Shown here in pieces: positions 1 to 8,523 of a DNA stretch of 38,298 nt. The DNA lies in IMG/VR virus record IMGVR_UViG_3300040801_000896, positions 1 to 38,298 of that record. The stretch is one strand, 5' to 3'. The stretch comes from a virus. The position numbers were made by a program, and so were the translations under genes. The notes beneath the pieces are model-generated. The model was not told where the DNA came from. It was given only the letters and a program-made list of their open reading frames with translations, and searched no databases. Numbering within the stretch: position 1 is the stretch's first letter; every line of letters starts with the position of its first letter.

Positions 1-117
1 AAAATTCCGGGGTTGCAAAAGCAAGGGGAAAACCTTGGAGTTTCCCAAGATGGTTTTGAATGAAAGGCAATTGAAGTATTGCAAACTCCGGGCCCTTGGT
101 GACTCGGACGGTAACAC
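1..117. repeat. Terminal direct repeat, copy 1 (identical to 38182-38298)
   Basis: Read base by base, 1-117 (aaaattccggggttgcaaaagcaagggg...gacggtaacac) matches the last 117 nt of the window. The repeat includes the 5' end of the small terminase ORF. Confidence 0.95.
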
Positions 118-607
118 GGTCCCCAAATACCGTTGTTATATGGAAGCCTTCGGGACCTCAAAGAACACCGCTTCAACAGAAGCAACCCGCTTGGAGAAGG
201 CCCCGGAAATCAAAGCGGAGATTGCCCGGTTGAAACAGAAGACCGAAACTTCCGCCACCCTCTCCCGGCAAGAGAAGAGGGAATTTCTTGCCCGGGTTGT
301 CCGGGCGGAATATCCCCAAATTGACCCGGAGGACCCGCTTTCCCCCAACCTTGACTTGGTGGAATCCATGCAACGCCACTATAATAAGGACGGGGAGTTG
401 ACCCGGATTTCCTTCAAGCTTCCTTCCAAGACCTCCGCCATTGAAATTGACAACAAAATGGCCGGACACAATGAGCCGGAAGAACACAATGTCACCTTTG
501 AGGGTGGGGTCATGTTGGTCCCCCTTGGTGGGGCAACCTTGGACCAATGGGAGAAGGAAGCCGCCAAGCAACAGGAAGCCCTCAAGAGCCCCGGGGAAAA
601 GGGTTGA
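35..607 (+). CDS. terS: Terminase small subunit (HTH-type). TTG start at 35 follows AAGGGGA; an alternative ATG lies at 50.
   Basis: 190 aa ORF lying upstream of the large terminase, one small ORF (641-871) between them. The N-terminal segment LKYCKLRALG...YMEAFG...TASTEATRLEKAPEIKAEIARLK resembles Terminase_2-type small subunits. It lies beside the non-coding repeat region. Confidence 0.75.
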   Translation: MEFPKMVLNERQLKYCKLRALGDSDGNTVPKYRCYMEAFGTSKNTASTEATRLEKAPEIKAEIARLKQKTETSATLSRQEKREFLARVVRAEYPQIDPEDPLSPNLDLVESMQRHYNKDGELTRISFKLPSKTSAIEIDNKMAGHNEPEEHNVTFEGGVMLVPLGGATLDQWEKEAAKQQEALKSPGEKG

Positions 608-640
608 AAACCTGTTCCTCATTTGGCTTTATCCCCGGGC

Positions 641-871
641 ATGGACACCCCGGAAGAAGCAATTTTGCGTCAACGCAATCTTGCCCAAATCCGGGAAGCC
701 TTCTCCCCCTCCAATCGATGGTTTACAACCGAAGGCTTGGGGAGGGAGCCAACGGACCAAGAGTTGGTCCTTTGGTTCATTGAACGGGGTGGGTCCAAAG
801 ATTTTGCCAAGGATGAGAAAACCACCCCCACAACCACCCAAACCAACCTTTGCCCCCCTTGTGGTCCGTGA
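641..871 (+). CDS. Hypothetical small protein between terS and terL (ORF-track start 623)
   Basis: Open frame with genome-typical codon choice (ttg, ccc, acc, caa, gaa). No recognisable motif. It is in the same frame as terS, separated by one TGA. Confidence 0.4.
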   Translation: MDTPEEAILRQRNLAQIREAFSPSNRWFTTEGLGREPTDQELVLWFIERGGSKDFAKDEKTTPTTTQTNLCPPCGP

Positions 872-989
872 GGCAATCTTGACCTTCTGGAGTTTTAATG
901 ATTTTGGGATGGGTCTTGCGGAGCCCATTACCTCTGTCCGGGTTCTTGAAGACCTCCTTGGGTCCTTCTTTGCCGGGGATAACTGACCC

Positions 990-2486
990 ATGAAAGTTGT
1001 TTGGTCACCTTTGCCCGGCTCCCAAGCCTTGGCCCTCTCTGCCCCATGCAATCATGTTCTTTTTGAAGGGACCCGGGGCGGCGGGAAGACGGATTGTCAA
1101 CTAATGCGGTTCCGCCGGTATGTTGGCCAAGGTTACGAACAATTTTGGCGGGGAATCATCTTTGACCGCCGTTATAAAAACCTTGATGACCTCATCAACA
1201 AATCAAAACGTTGGTTTCCCCAATTCAGGGACGGGGCAAAGTTTCTTTCTTCCCAATCCGCCTTGAAATGGGTTTGGCCAACCGGGGAAGAACTCCTTTT
1301 CCGGCATATGGAGAAGGAATCCGATTATGAGGATTACCATGGGCATGAATATCCCTTCATCGGTTGGAATGAACTGACCAAATGGGCAACCTCTGCTTGT
1401 TATGACAAGATGATGAGTTGTAACCGCTCTTCCTTCCTCCCGGAGGAACATTCACCCCCGGGAAAGGTCCTCCCGGAAATCCCCTTGGGGGTCTTCTCAA
1501 CCTGCAATCCTTCGGGGCCCGGTCACAATTGGGTAAAGCGGCGGTTCATTGACCCTGCCCCGGCGGGAAAAATCCAGAAACTCACAACGGAAATTTTCAA
1601 CCCCCGGACCCAAGCCCGGGAGAAGGTCACCAAAACCCAAGTCCGGCTCTTCTCATCCTACCGGGAAAACCGCTTCCTCTCCCCGGAATACGTGGCGGAC
1701 TTGACCAACATTTCAGACCCCAATTTGCGGGAAGCATGGTTTGAAGGCAATTGGGACATTACTTCCGGCGGGGCTTTTGACGATCTTTGGCGGCGGCAAG
1801 TCCATGTTGTCCCCCGGTTCCGGGTCCCGGCGGGTTGGACCATCAAGCGTTCAATGGATTGGGGCTCTTCTCACCCCTTTTCCGTTGGTTGGTGGGCAAT
1901 TTCCAACGGGGAGGAAGTGGAGGTTGAGCCGGGCAAGGTCCGGTCCTTCCCCCGGGGCTCAATCATCCGTTGCAATGAACTTTACGGGGCCAAACTGATT
2001 GGTGGGGAACAGTTCGGACACAATCAGGGGCGGAAACTCTCCGCCCGGAAGCTTGCCCAAGAGGTCCTTGAACAGGAAGAGAACTTGAAAGCCTTGGATT
2101 GGATTACAACCACCCCAAGCCCGGGTCCGGCGGACAATCAGATTTCCAATGTCAATGAAGAGGAAACGGGGTCCATTGCCTCCATCATGGAGAAGGAAGG
2201 GGTTGAATGGACCAAGAGCGACAAAGCCCCCGGAAGCCGCAAGAATGGATTTGAACTCCTCCGCAATGCCCTTGAAGCCGCCTTGGACGGGGAGGGCCCG
2301 GGGCTTTACATCATGGAACATTGCAAAGCCTTCATTGAAACGGTCCCAAGCCTCCCCCGGGATGAGTATAAACCGGATGACGTTGACACAACGGCGGAGG
2401 ACCATGTTTACGATGAAGCCCGGTATATGATTCTTGATGAAAAGCCGGTCTTTGCGGATGCAGTCCGGGTCCGGTTCGCAACGTAA
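990..2486 (+). CDS. terL: Terminase large subunit (ATPase plus nuclease)
   Basis: 498 aa. Walker A-like GTRGGGKT near the N-terminus, a hydrophobic-DE-like segment FIGWNELT, and a C-terminal acidic nuclease-type segment (SMDWG, TAEDHVYDEARY). Position is between terS and portal. Confidence 0.9.
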   Translation: MKVVWSPLPGSQALALSAPCNHVLFEGTRGGGKTDCQLMRFRRYVGQGYEQFWRGIIFDRRYKNLDDLINKSKRWFPQFRDGAKFLSSQSALKWVWPTGEELLFRHMEKESDYEDYHGHEYPFIGWNELTKWATSACYDKMMSCNRSSFLPEEHSPPGKVLPEIPLGVFSTCNPSGPGHNWVKRRFIDPAPAGKIQKLTTEIFNPRTQAREKVTKTQVRLFSSYRENRFLSPEYVADLTNISDPNLREAWFEGNWDITSGGAFDDLWRRQVHVVPRFRVPAGWTIKRSMDWGSSHPFSVGWWAISNGEEVEVEPGKVRSFPRGSIIRCNELYGAKLIGGEQFGHNQGRKLSARKLAQEVLEQEENLKALDWITTTPSPGPADNQISNVNEEETGSIASIMEKEGVEWTKSDKAPGSRKNGFELLRNALEAALDGEGPGLYIMEHCKAFIETVPSLPRDEYKPDDVDTTAEDHVYDEARYMILDEKPVFADAVRVRFAT

Positions 2487-2507
2487 AAGGGGTCTTCTTG
2501 AAAAAAG

Positions 2508-4025
2508 TTGCTTTTTCTTTCCCCTCAAAGAGACTCCGGAGAAATGCCGAACGTTGCCTTTAAGCGTCCCGAAGTGAAAAAGATGGAACCAAAATGGGCC
2601 CTTGTCCGGGATTGTTTGGGCGGGGAACAGTCCATCAAGGCTAAGCGGGAAACCTATTTGCCCAAGCCCCAAACCTCCGGGGATGTTGTTGAAAATAATG
2701 CCCGGTATGAAGCCTATTTGAAAAGGGCGGTATTTTACAACGTAACCGGGCGGACTCTTGAGGGCTTGGCCGGGCAAGTCTTCTCCAAATCCCCTTCAAT
2801 TGAATTCCCTTCCCAAATCGACTTCCTGAAACAGGACATTGACGGGGCCGGGACCACCCTTGAACAACAGTCAAAGGGGGTTCTCCATGCCATCCTTGCC
2901 ACCGGGAGGGCGGGGCTTCTTTCGGATTTCCCCGTCTTGGAAGAAGGGCGGGTCGCCTCCTTGGCCGATGTTGAAAGCGGGAGAATCCGTCCCCGAGTCC
3001 TCTCCTTTGACCCGGAACAAATCATCAATTGGCGGCAAGCCAACGTTGGGGGAGAAACTTTCCTTACCCTCCTTGTCTTGGAGGAATCGGCGGAGATTTC
3101 AGAAGACCCCTTTGCCTTCAAGGTGGAACCCCATTGGAGGGTTTTTCAACTCATCAACCCGGAGACTCCGGAACTTGCCCAAGTTCAAGTTTCTGTTTGG
3201 CGCAAGCGGGACAAGCCCTTGTCCGATGATGAAAAGTATGAGGTCATTTCCGGGCCTTTCACCATGATTGACCACCGGGCCCAACCCTTGCGGCGGGTCC
3301 CGTTTCAATTCATCGGGGCTCGGAACAATGACCCGGAGGTTGACGAACCCCCGCTTTACAACATTGCGTCCCTGAATATTTCCCATTACCGCAATTCGGC
3401 GGATGTTGAGGAAAGTTCCTTCCTTGTTGGCCAACCAACCCCGGTTTTTGCCGGGCTTGAACAGGGTTGGGTTGACAAGAATTTCAAGGGTGGTGTCTTC
3501 CTTGGCTCCCGTTCGGCAATCCCCCTCCCCAAAGGCGGGTCCGCCCTCCTTCTCCAAGCCGCCCCCAACTCCATGCCTCAAGCCTTGATGAAGGACAAGG
3601 AAGAACAAATGAAAGCCTTGGGGGCCAAGCTGATTGAAAACAAGAAGGTCCCGGAGACCGCCACCGGGGCGGCAATTGAAGAAACTTCGGAAGCTTCGGT
3701 CCTTTCATCGGCGGCAAACAATGTTGCCCAAGCTTACGGGAAAGCCCTTTGGTTTGCATCCGGCTTCCTTGGTGACTTCCAAGAGGAAGCCATCTCCTTT
3801 GAACTCAACACAGACTTTGACGTTGCCCGGATGACCGCTCAAGAAAGGGCCCAACTGGTTGCAGAATGGCAAGGGGAACTTCTCACTTGGGAGGAAGCCC
3901 GGTCCGCCCTTCGGACCGCCGGGATTGCTTACCTTGACGATAAGGAAGCCCGGTCCCAACTTGAGACGGAAGCCGCCTCCCGGGGGGACTTCAAGGAGGA
4001 ACCCCAAAACCTCCCGGGGGTTTAA
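2508..4025 (+). CDS. Portal protein (likely true start ATG 2544, MPNVAFKRPE...)
   Basis: About 495-505 aa ORF immediately after terL and before a MuF-like gene, which is the canonical portal position and size. No specific motif was recognised by eye. Confidence 0.75.
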   Translation: MLFLSPQRDSGEMPNVAFKRPEVKKMEPKWALVRDCLGGEQSIKAKRETYLPKPQTSGDVVENNARYEAYLKRAVFYNVTGRTLEGLAGQVFSKSPSIEFPSQIDFLKQDIDGAGTTLEQQSKGVLHAILATGRAGLLSDFPVLEEGRVASLADVESGRIRPRVLSFDPEQIINWRQANVGGETFLTLLVLEESAEISEDPFAFKVEPHWRVFQLINPETPELAQVQVSVWRKRDKPLSDDEKYEVISGPFTMIDHRAQPLRRVPFQFIGARNNDPEVDEPPLYNIASLNISHYRNSADVEESSFLVGQPTPVFAGLEQGWVDKNFKGGVFLGSRSAIPLPKGGSALLLQAAPNSMPQALMKDKEEQMKALGAKLIENKKVPETATGAAIEETSEASVLSSAANNVAQAYGKALWFASGFLGDFQEEAISFELNTDFDVARMTAQERAQLVAEWQGELLTWEEARSALRTAGIAYLDDKEARSQLETEAASRGDFKEEPQNLPGV

Positions 4026-4109
4026 TTGCGCCAAAAGGCAAATCCTAACCGGGAAAGTGTGTAAAACGTTGTAAGTCAACAACAACCTTTTTGCTGCGAA
4101 AAAACCTTT

Positions 4110-6002
4110 TTGATGCAAAACAACCTTCAAGACTTGGCAATCCGGCGGCAGGTCCTCCTTGAACGGCTCAAGTCCGGGCAAGTGGAGAACTTCAAGAAAG
4201 CCTTCCGGGAACTGGAAGCCTTGACCAAACAAGCGTTTGCCGGGCTTTCGGGCCCCCTCTTGGACCTCAAGAAACGGGAGACCGCCCGGTTTTTGGCCGA
4301 ACTTGAAACAGACATCCGGAAAGCCTTGACCGGGCAAACGGACCTTTACATCCGGGACCTTGAAGAGGTTGCCGGGATTTACGCCACAACGGAAGCGGCG
4401 GACCTTGTGAAGGTGACTTCCGGACCCATCAAGTTGAAGGTTCCCAAGAAAGCCGCCTTGATGCGTAATGCCCTCACCCGCCCCATGGGCCATTCCGGGG
4501 AACTTCTCAAGGAATTTGTGGGGCAGATTGCCGGGAAGGAGTCTTCCCGGGTTGTCAATACCATCCGCAAGGGAGTAACCCAAGGGAGGACCAACCAAGA
4601 ATTAATTCGGTCTGTCATTGGGACCAAGGCAAGGAACTTCCGGGATGGAGTCCTTGCAACCTCCCGGAGAAATGCAGATGCAGTTGTCCGGACGGCAACC
4701 CAACACGTTGCCAGTTCCGCCCGGCAAGACCTTTGGGAAGCCAACCCGGAGACGGTCCAAGGTTATCAATGGGTTTCCACCTTGGACCGGAAGACAACCA
4801 ACCTTTGCAAGAGCCTTGACGGACGGAAGTTCAAGGTTGGGGAGGGCCCCACCCCTCCAATCCATATCCGTTGCCGGTCAACTACCATTGCCACCCTTGA
4901 CCCCAAGTTTGACTTTCTCCAAGAGGGCCGAACCCGTTCGGCGGAATTTGGGCCAACCAAGGGAGATGAAAATTACTTTGATTGGCTCAAGCGGCAACCC
5001 CCGGAGTTTCAGGACCAAGCCTTGGGCAAAGCCCGGGCAAAGCTCTTCCGGGACGGGGGCTTGTCCCCGGATGAGTTCTCCCGGCTTCAACTGGACAAGA
5101 ACTTCCGCCCCCTCACCCTTGAGGAAATGCGGCAACTTGAACCGGAGGTCTTCAAGAAGGCTTTCCCACCCAAACCCAAGGTCATTGAAACCCCCCCAAG
5201 GGACTTTGCCAAGATCACAAAGGAAATTGCTTCCTCCCCGGAATGGGACAAAGCCTTAAAAGCCCGGGAAGAAGCAGACCACCTCTTCAAGATTGCTTAT
5301 CCGGGAAGCTCCGGGACCGGGACGGACCTTGACCGGGCTCTTTGGATGGCGTCCAACAAAACGGCCAACCAATTGAGGCGGGAAGCCCTTGAAGGGGTTC
5401 ACAAACGGGTTGAGTTGCCCAAGGTAAGGCAGGGGGACCCGTCAAAGGTGGTTGTCCCCGGGGTCCTTAATGCCCCAAAAAATGTAAACCGGCAACGTTT
5501 GGGATACATGGACACAACCGCAACGGAAGCTTCGGAGTTTGTCTCCCGGGTTGTGGACAAGGATTACCTTCCCCAAGGAATCCGGATGCAATACAAGCCC
5601 GAACGGAACCACTATTGGAAAGGGGAAGTTTTCGTCAACATTGACACTTCAACCCGGGTCATGGCCCATGAAATCATCCATGATATTGAGTTCAAACACT
5701 CCGGGGTTGCCGCCAAGACAAGGGCATTTTTGAATAAAAGAGCGGGGGGCCAACCCACCAAAAAGCTTTCCAAATTGACCGGGGACAAGGGTTACAAACC
5801 CCATGAAATTGCCTTTGAAGATGAATGGGCCAAGCGGGGCGGCTCCCACTATATGGGCAAAGATTATTCCCAATGGTATGAAGCAACCGAACTTCTCACC
5901 ATGGGGGTTGAGCGGTTGATGTTTGACCCGGTGAGTTTTGCCCGGCAGGACCCGGAATATTTTGAATTTCTCTTGGAGGTTTTCCAGACTCCGGGGCTTT
6001 AG
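4110..6002 (+). CDS. Head morphogenesis protein (Mu F / SPP1 gp7-like) fused to a C-terminal HExxH zincin-like domain
   Basis: The MuF hallmark segment GYQWVSTLDRKTTNLCKSLDGRKF...PPIHIRCRSTT is present (the family pattern is D-x-R-T-C-x-x-C ... H-x-x-C-R-C). About 300 further residues follow and contain MAHEIIHDIEF (HExxH, nt 5667-5681). Confidence 0.85.
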   Translation: MMQNNLQDLAIRRQVLLERLKSGQVENFKKAFRELEALTKQAFAGLSGPLLDLKKRETARFLAELETDIRKALTGQTDLYIRDLEEVAGIYATTEAADLVKVTSGPIKLKVPKKAALMRNALTRPMGHSGELLKEFVGQIAGKESSRVVNTIRKGVTQGRTNQELIRSVIGTKARNFRDGVLATSRRNADAVVRTATQHVASSARQDLWEANPETVQGYQWVSTLDRKTTNLCKSLDGRKFKVGEGPTPPIHIRCRSTTIATLDPKFDFLQEGRTRSAEFGPTKGDENYFDWLKRQPPEFQDQALGKARAKLFRDGGLSPDEFSRLQLDKNFRPLTLEEMRQLEPEVFKKAFPPKPKVIETPPRDFAKITKEIASSPEWDKALKAREEADHLFKIAYPGSSGTGTDLDRALWMASNKTANQLRREALEGVHKRVELPKVRQGDPSKVVVPGVLNAPKNVNRQRLGYMDTTATEASEFVSRVVDKDYLPQGIRMQYKPERNHYWKGEVFVNIDTSTRVMAHEIIHDIEFKHSGVAAKTRAFLNKRAGGQPTKKLSKLTGDKGYKPHEIAFEDEWAKRGGSHYMGKDYSQWYEATELLTMGVERLMFDPVSFARQDPEYFEFLLEVFQTPGL

Positions 6003-6244
6003 TAAACCCGCCCCGGGACGGATTCAAAATCCGGCTCCGGACCAACCACTTTACCCCCAAGCTTCCGGGCAACGGCTTGGGCCCGGTGCCATGGGGTGGG
6101 GTAATAATCAACCGGAATGGTTTCATCCGCTTCCGTGATTTTCAGCAAAGCTTCTTTGGGCCCGGACAGGATGGACCAAGAGCCCCCCTCAAGGGAGGCG
6201 GTAACTTCATTCCCGGCGGGGAACAGATATTTGATTTTTTCCAT
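5999..6244 (-). CDS. Hypothetical 81 aa protein, opposite-strand moron
   Basis: ATG at 6244 (MEKIKYLFPAGNEV...). Its stop overlaps the MuF stop codon (5999-6002). No family recognised. Confidence 0.55.
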   Translation of the reverse strand: MEKIKYLFPAGNEVTASLEGGSWSILSGPKEALLKITEADETIPVDYYPTPWHRAQAVARKLGGKVVGPEPDFESVPGRVY

Positions 6245-6452
6245 GATATTTGAAACCTAATGAGGTCAATTGAAGAAGTAAACGGTTGTCAATGGAGTGG
6301 GGCCCCCCGGGGTTGAAGACAGATTTGCCCCCAATCCCCAAGGTAAAGCAAGCCGCCTTGATGGAAGCCCGGTCCGCAAGAGTTGACCCATGGAGGGCAA
6401 CCCATGAAGAGGGGGAACCCCCTTGCCATATTGTGAAGAAAGATTTTTCCAT
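6207..6452 (-). CDS. Hypothetical 81 aa ORF directly downstream of promoter-like module A (coding status uncertain)
   Basis: The ATG at 6452 lies 5 nt after the conserved module, the same geometry as at 9751 and 34295. It overlaps the next ORF by 38 nt. A competing plus-strand ORF (6286-6582) exists in this stop-poor sequence. Confidence 0.35.
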   Translation of the reverse strand: MEKSFFTIWQGGSPSSWVALHGSTLADRASIKAACFTLGIGGKSVFNPGGPHSIDNRLLLQLTSLGFKYHGKNQISVPRRE

Positions 6453-6486
6453 ACCTCAACAAAAACCGTTTTTCGGTTTAGGTCAA
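6453..6486 (-). promoter_or_regulatory. Promoter/operator-like module A: TTGACC-17 nt-TTTGTT-5 nt-ATG
   Basis: Minus-strand reading is TTGACC TAAACCGAAAAACGGTT TTTGTT GAGGT ATG. It is near-identical to the modules at 9752-9786 and 34296-34331. Confidence 0.6.
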
Positions 6487-6578
6487 CCCCTAAAACAGAA
6501 AACGGTTGAAATTTTCCACCCCCACCCATTTGATGGGACTTTCTTAACGGGCGGCGGTGCCGTCCCAACCCAAAAAAT

Positions 6579-7280
6579 ATGAAGTTCAAAGCAACCAAAG
6601 CGGAAGTTGAATCACTCCCGGAAGCCATCCGGGGCGAATATGAGGAAAGAGAAGGTTCTTTTTTCCTGAAACTTGAAGGGCATGAAGAAGCCTTTGTCCC
6701 GGCGGAAAAGAAGAACATTGCCGAACAACACCGGAAGGAGGCGGAAAAGAAACTTGCGGAAGCCAACGCCCGGGAAGCGGACTTGATTGCCAAGCTTGAA
6801 AAGGCGGACGGCAAGAAGGAGGTTGAAGCCATCCGGCAACAACACCAAGCGGAAATCCTCAAAATCAAGGAGGCGGCGGATAAAGAGCGGGAAGCCATCA
6901 AGGGCAGGGAACACCAAGCCTTGATTGAAACGGAAGCCGCCAAATTTGCCGGGGAAAAGTTCCTTGTTCCTTCCGCAATCTCCCGACTTTACAAGGACCG
7001 CCTTTCCGTTGAAGAGGTTGACGGGCAACCCGTAATCCGGGTCCGGGAGCCGGACGGCAAACCGTCCGTCAAGTCTCTTTCGGATTTGCAAAAAGAATTC
7101 CTTGAAAATCCGGAGTTCAAGCCCATCATTAAAGCAAGTCAGGCTTCCGGGGGCGGTGCCATCCCGGGGCAAAAGGGCGGAGGTTCCGCACAAAAGACCG
7201 TTCAACGTTCGGAGTTCGATTCAATGGACCAAACCGCCCGGATGGAATTTTCCAAAGCCGGGGGCAAGGTGGTTGACTAG
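6579..7280 (+). CDS. Scaffolding protein
   Basis: 233 aa, rich in E/K/A and coiled-coil-like (AEQHRKEAEKKLAEANAREADLIAKLEKADGKKEVEAIRQQHQAEILKIKEAADKEREAIK). It lies immediately upstream of the major capsid gene. Confidence 0.75.
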   Translation: MKFKATKAEVESLPEAIRGEYEEREGSFFLKLEGHEEAFVPAEKKNIAEQHRKEAEKKLAEANAREADLIAKLEKADGKKEVEAIRQQHQAEILKIKEAADKEREAIKGREHQALIETEAAKFAGEKFLVPSAISRLYKDRLSVEEVDGQPVIRVREPDGKPSVKSLSDLQKEFLENPEFKPIIKASQASGGGAIPGQKGGGSAQKTVQRSEFDSMDQTARMEFSKAGGKVVD

Positions 7281-7320
7281 ATTTCCAACAATTCCTTCCA
7301 CAAGTTAGTTTTCAAAAATC

Positions 7321-8496
7321 ATGTCTAATACCATTACACTTACCAATCTTGCACCGGAGATTTACAAGGCGGCGGACATCGTTGCCCGTGAGCTTGCCGG
7401 GGCAATTCCGTCCGTCATGGTCAACACGGCGGACGCAAACGGGGTGACTCAAGCTTCCTTCGGGGACAAGGTGAAGAGCCTTCGAACTTCGGATGCAGTT
7501 ATTGGAACCTCCCATACCCCCGCAATGGCAATCCCGGAAGCGGCGGACCAAACAGACATTTACGATGAATTTGCTTTGGACCAGACCGCAACGGCGGAAC
7601 TCCCCTTGACTGGGGAAACGGTCAAGCGGTTGAATCAATCGTCCGGGGCGGAAGCCTTCCGGGTTGCGAAGTTTACCCAAATGATCCGGGGCATGGTCAA
7701 TGCTATGGAGTCCCACCTTTGCAGCAAAATCTATGTTGCAAGTTCCCGGGCTTACGGGACCGCCGGGACAACCCCGTTTGGTTCCAACTTCAATGATCTG
7801 GCCCAACTCCGCAAAATCCTTGCGGACAATGGGGCTCCGGTTAATTCGGGGGAACTTTCGGTTGTGATGAACACTTCCGCCGGGGCCAACCTTCGGAGTC
7901 TCGCCCAATTGCAAAAGGCCAATGAAGCCGCCGGAACGGACCTTCTCCGCCGGGGGACCCTCCTTGACTTGCAAGGGTTCATGCTCAAGGAATCCGCCGG
8001 GATTGTGACCCATACCAAGGGGACCGCCACCCTGTTTGATGCTGCCGGGGGTGAACCCGCCGGGGAAACCTCCATTGCCTTTGACGGTGCAACCGCCGGG
8101 GCAACGGGTATTCTTGCCGGGGACATCGTGACTTGGACAGGGGATACCAATAAATATGTTATCAAAACCGGGGTCAACGGGGCAACCGGAACCATTGTTC
8201 TTGGTCGTCCGGGTCTTCAACAGGCTCTCTCGGATACCGTTGAAGGGACCATTGGGGCTTCCTATACCGCCAATCTTGCCTTCCATCGGTCCGCCGTTGA
8301 ATTCGCCGCCCGGGCTCCGGCTCAACCGGACGGTGGGGACGCTGCGAAGGACTCCTTGACGGTGGTTGACCCCCTCACCGGGTTGACCTTTGAGTTCCGC
8401 CTTTATGCGGGATTTGGAATGAACAAGATTTATTGCGCCGTTTACTACGGGGCAAAAGTCTGGAAAGAGGAATTTGTTGCCACCCTCCTTGGGTAA
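7321..8496 (+). CDS. Major capsid protein
   Basis: 391 aa ORF after the scaffold gene, followed by a strong intrinsic terminator. Size and position fit an HK97-fold coat protein. No motif-level identification was made. Confidence 0.8.
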   Translation: MSNTITLTNLAPEIYKAADIVARELAGAIPSVMVNTADANGVTQASFGDKVKSLRTSDAVIGTSHTPAMAIPEAADQTDIYDEFALDQTATAELPLTGETVKRLNQSSGAEAFRVAKFTQMIRGMVNAMESHLCSKIYVASSRAYGTAGTTPFGSNFNDLAQLRKILADNGAPVNSGELSVVMNTSAGANLRSLAQLQKANEAAGTDLLRRGTLLDLQGFMLKESAGIVTHTKGTATLFDAAGGEPAGETSIAFDGATAGATGILAGDIVTWTGDTNKYVIKTGVNGATGTIVLGRPGLQQALSDTVEGTIGASYTANLAFHRSAVEFAARAPAQPDGGDAAKDSLTVVDPLTGLTFEFRLYAGFGMNKIYCAVYYGAKVWKEEFVATLLG

Positions 8497-8523
8497 AGGA
8501 AACAGTTTCCGGTTTTATTCTTG

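Noticed and set aside
605-871. terS and the following ORF are in the same frame, separated by a single TGA, suggesting stop-codon read-through or recoding.
   Set aside because: No read-through context or stimulatory structure was recognised. All other genes terminate normally with standard stops, including TGA. Independent initiation at ATG 641 is simpler.
6286-6582. A plus-strand 98-aa ORF whose TGA overlaps the scaffold ATG (ATGA), competing with the minus-strand ORF 6207-6452.
   Set aside because: It was not called as a feature because the conserved promoter-like module and the ATG geometry favour the minus strand. It cannot be excluded without expression data and is mentioned in the relevant finding.
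7312-8325. A 337-aa ORF antisense to the major capsid gene, and similar long alternative-frame ORFs (for example 6266-6943 -, 3705-4598 -, 1959-2777 -, 35173-35844 +, 37058-37705 +).
   Set aside because: They overlap well-supported genes, have low-complexity G/P/R-rich translations, and are what the genome-wide depletion of TAA/TAG/TGA (and their complements) would produce. There is no independent start or regulatory signal.
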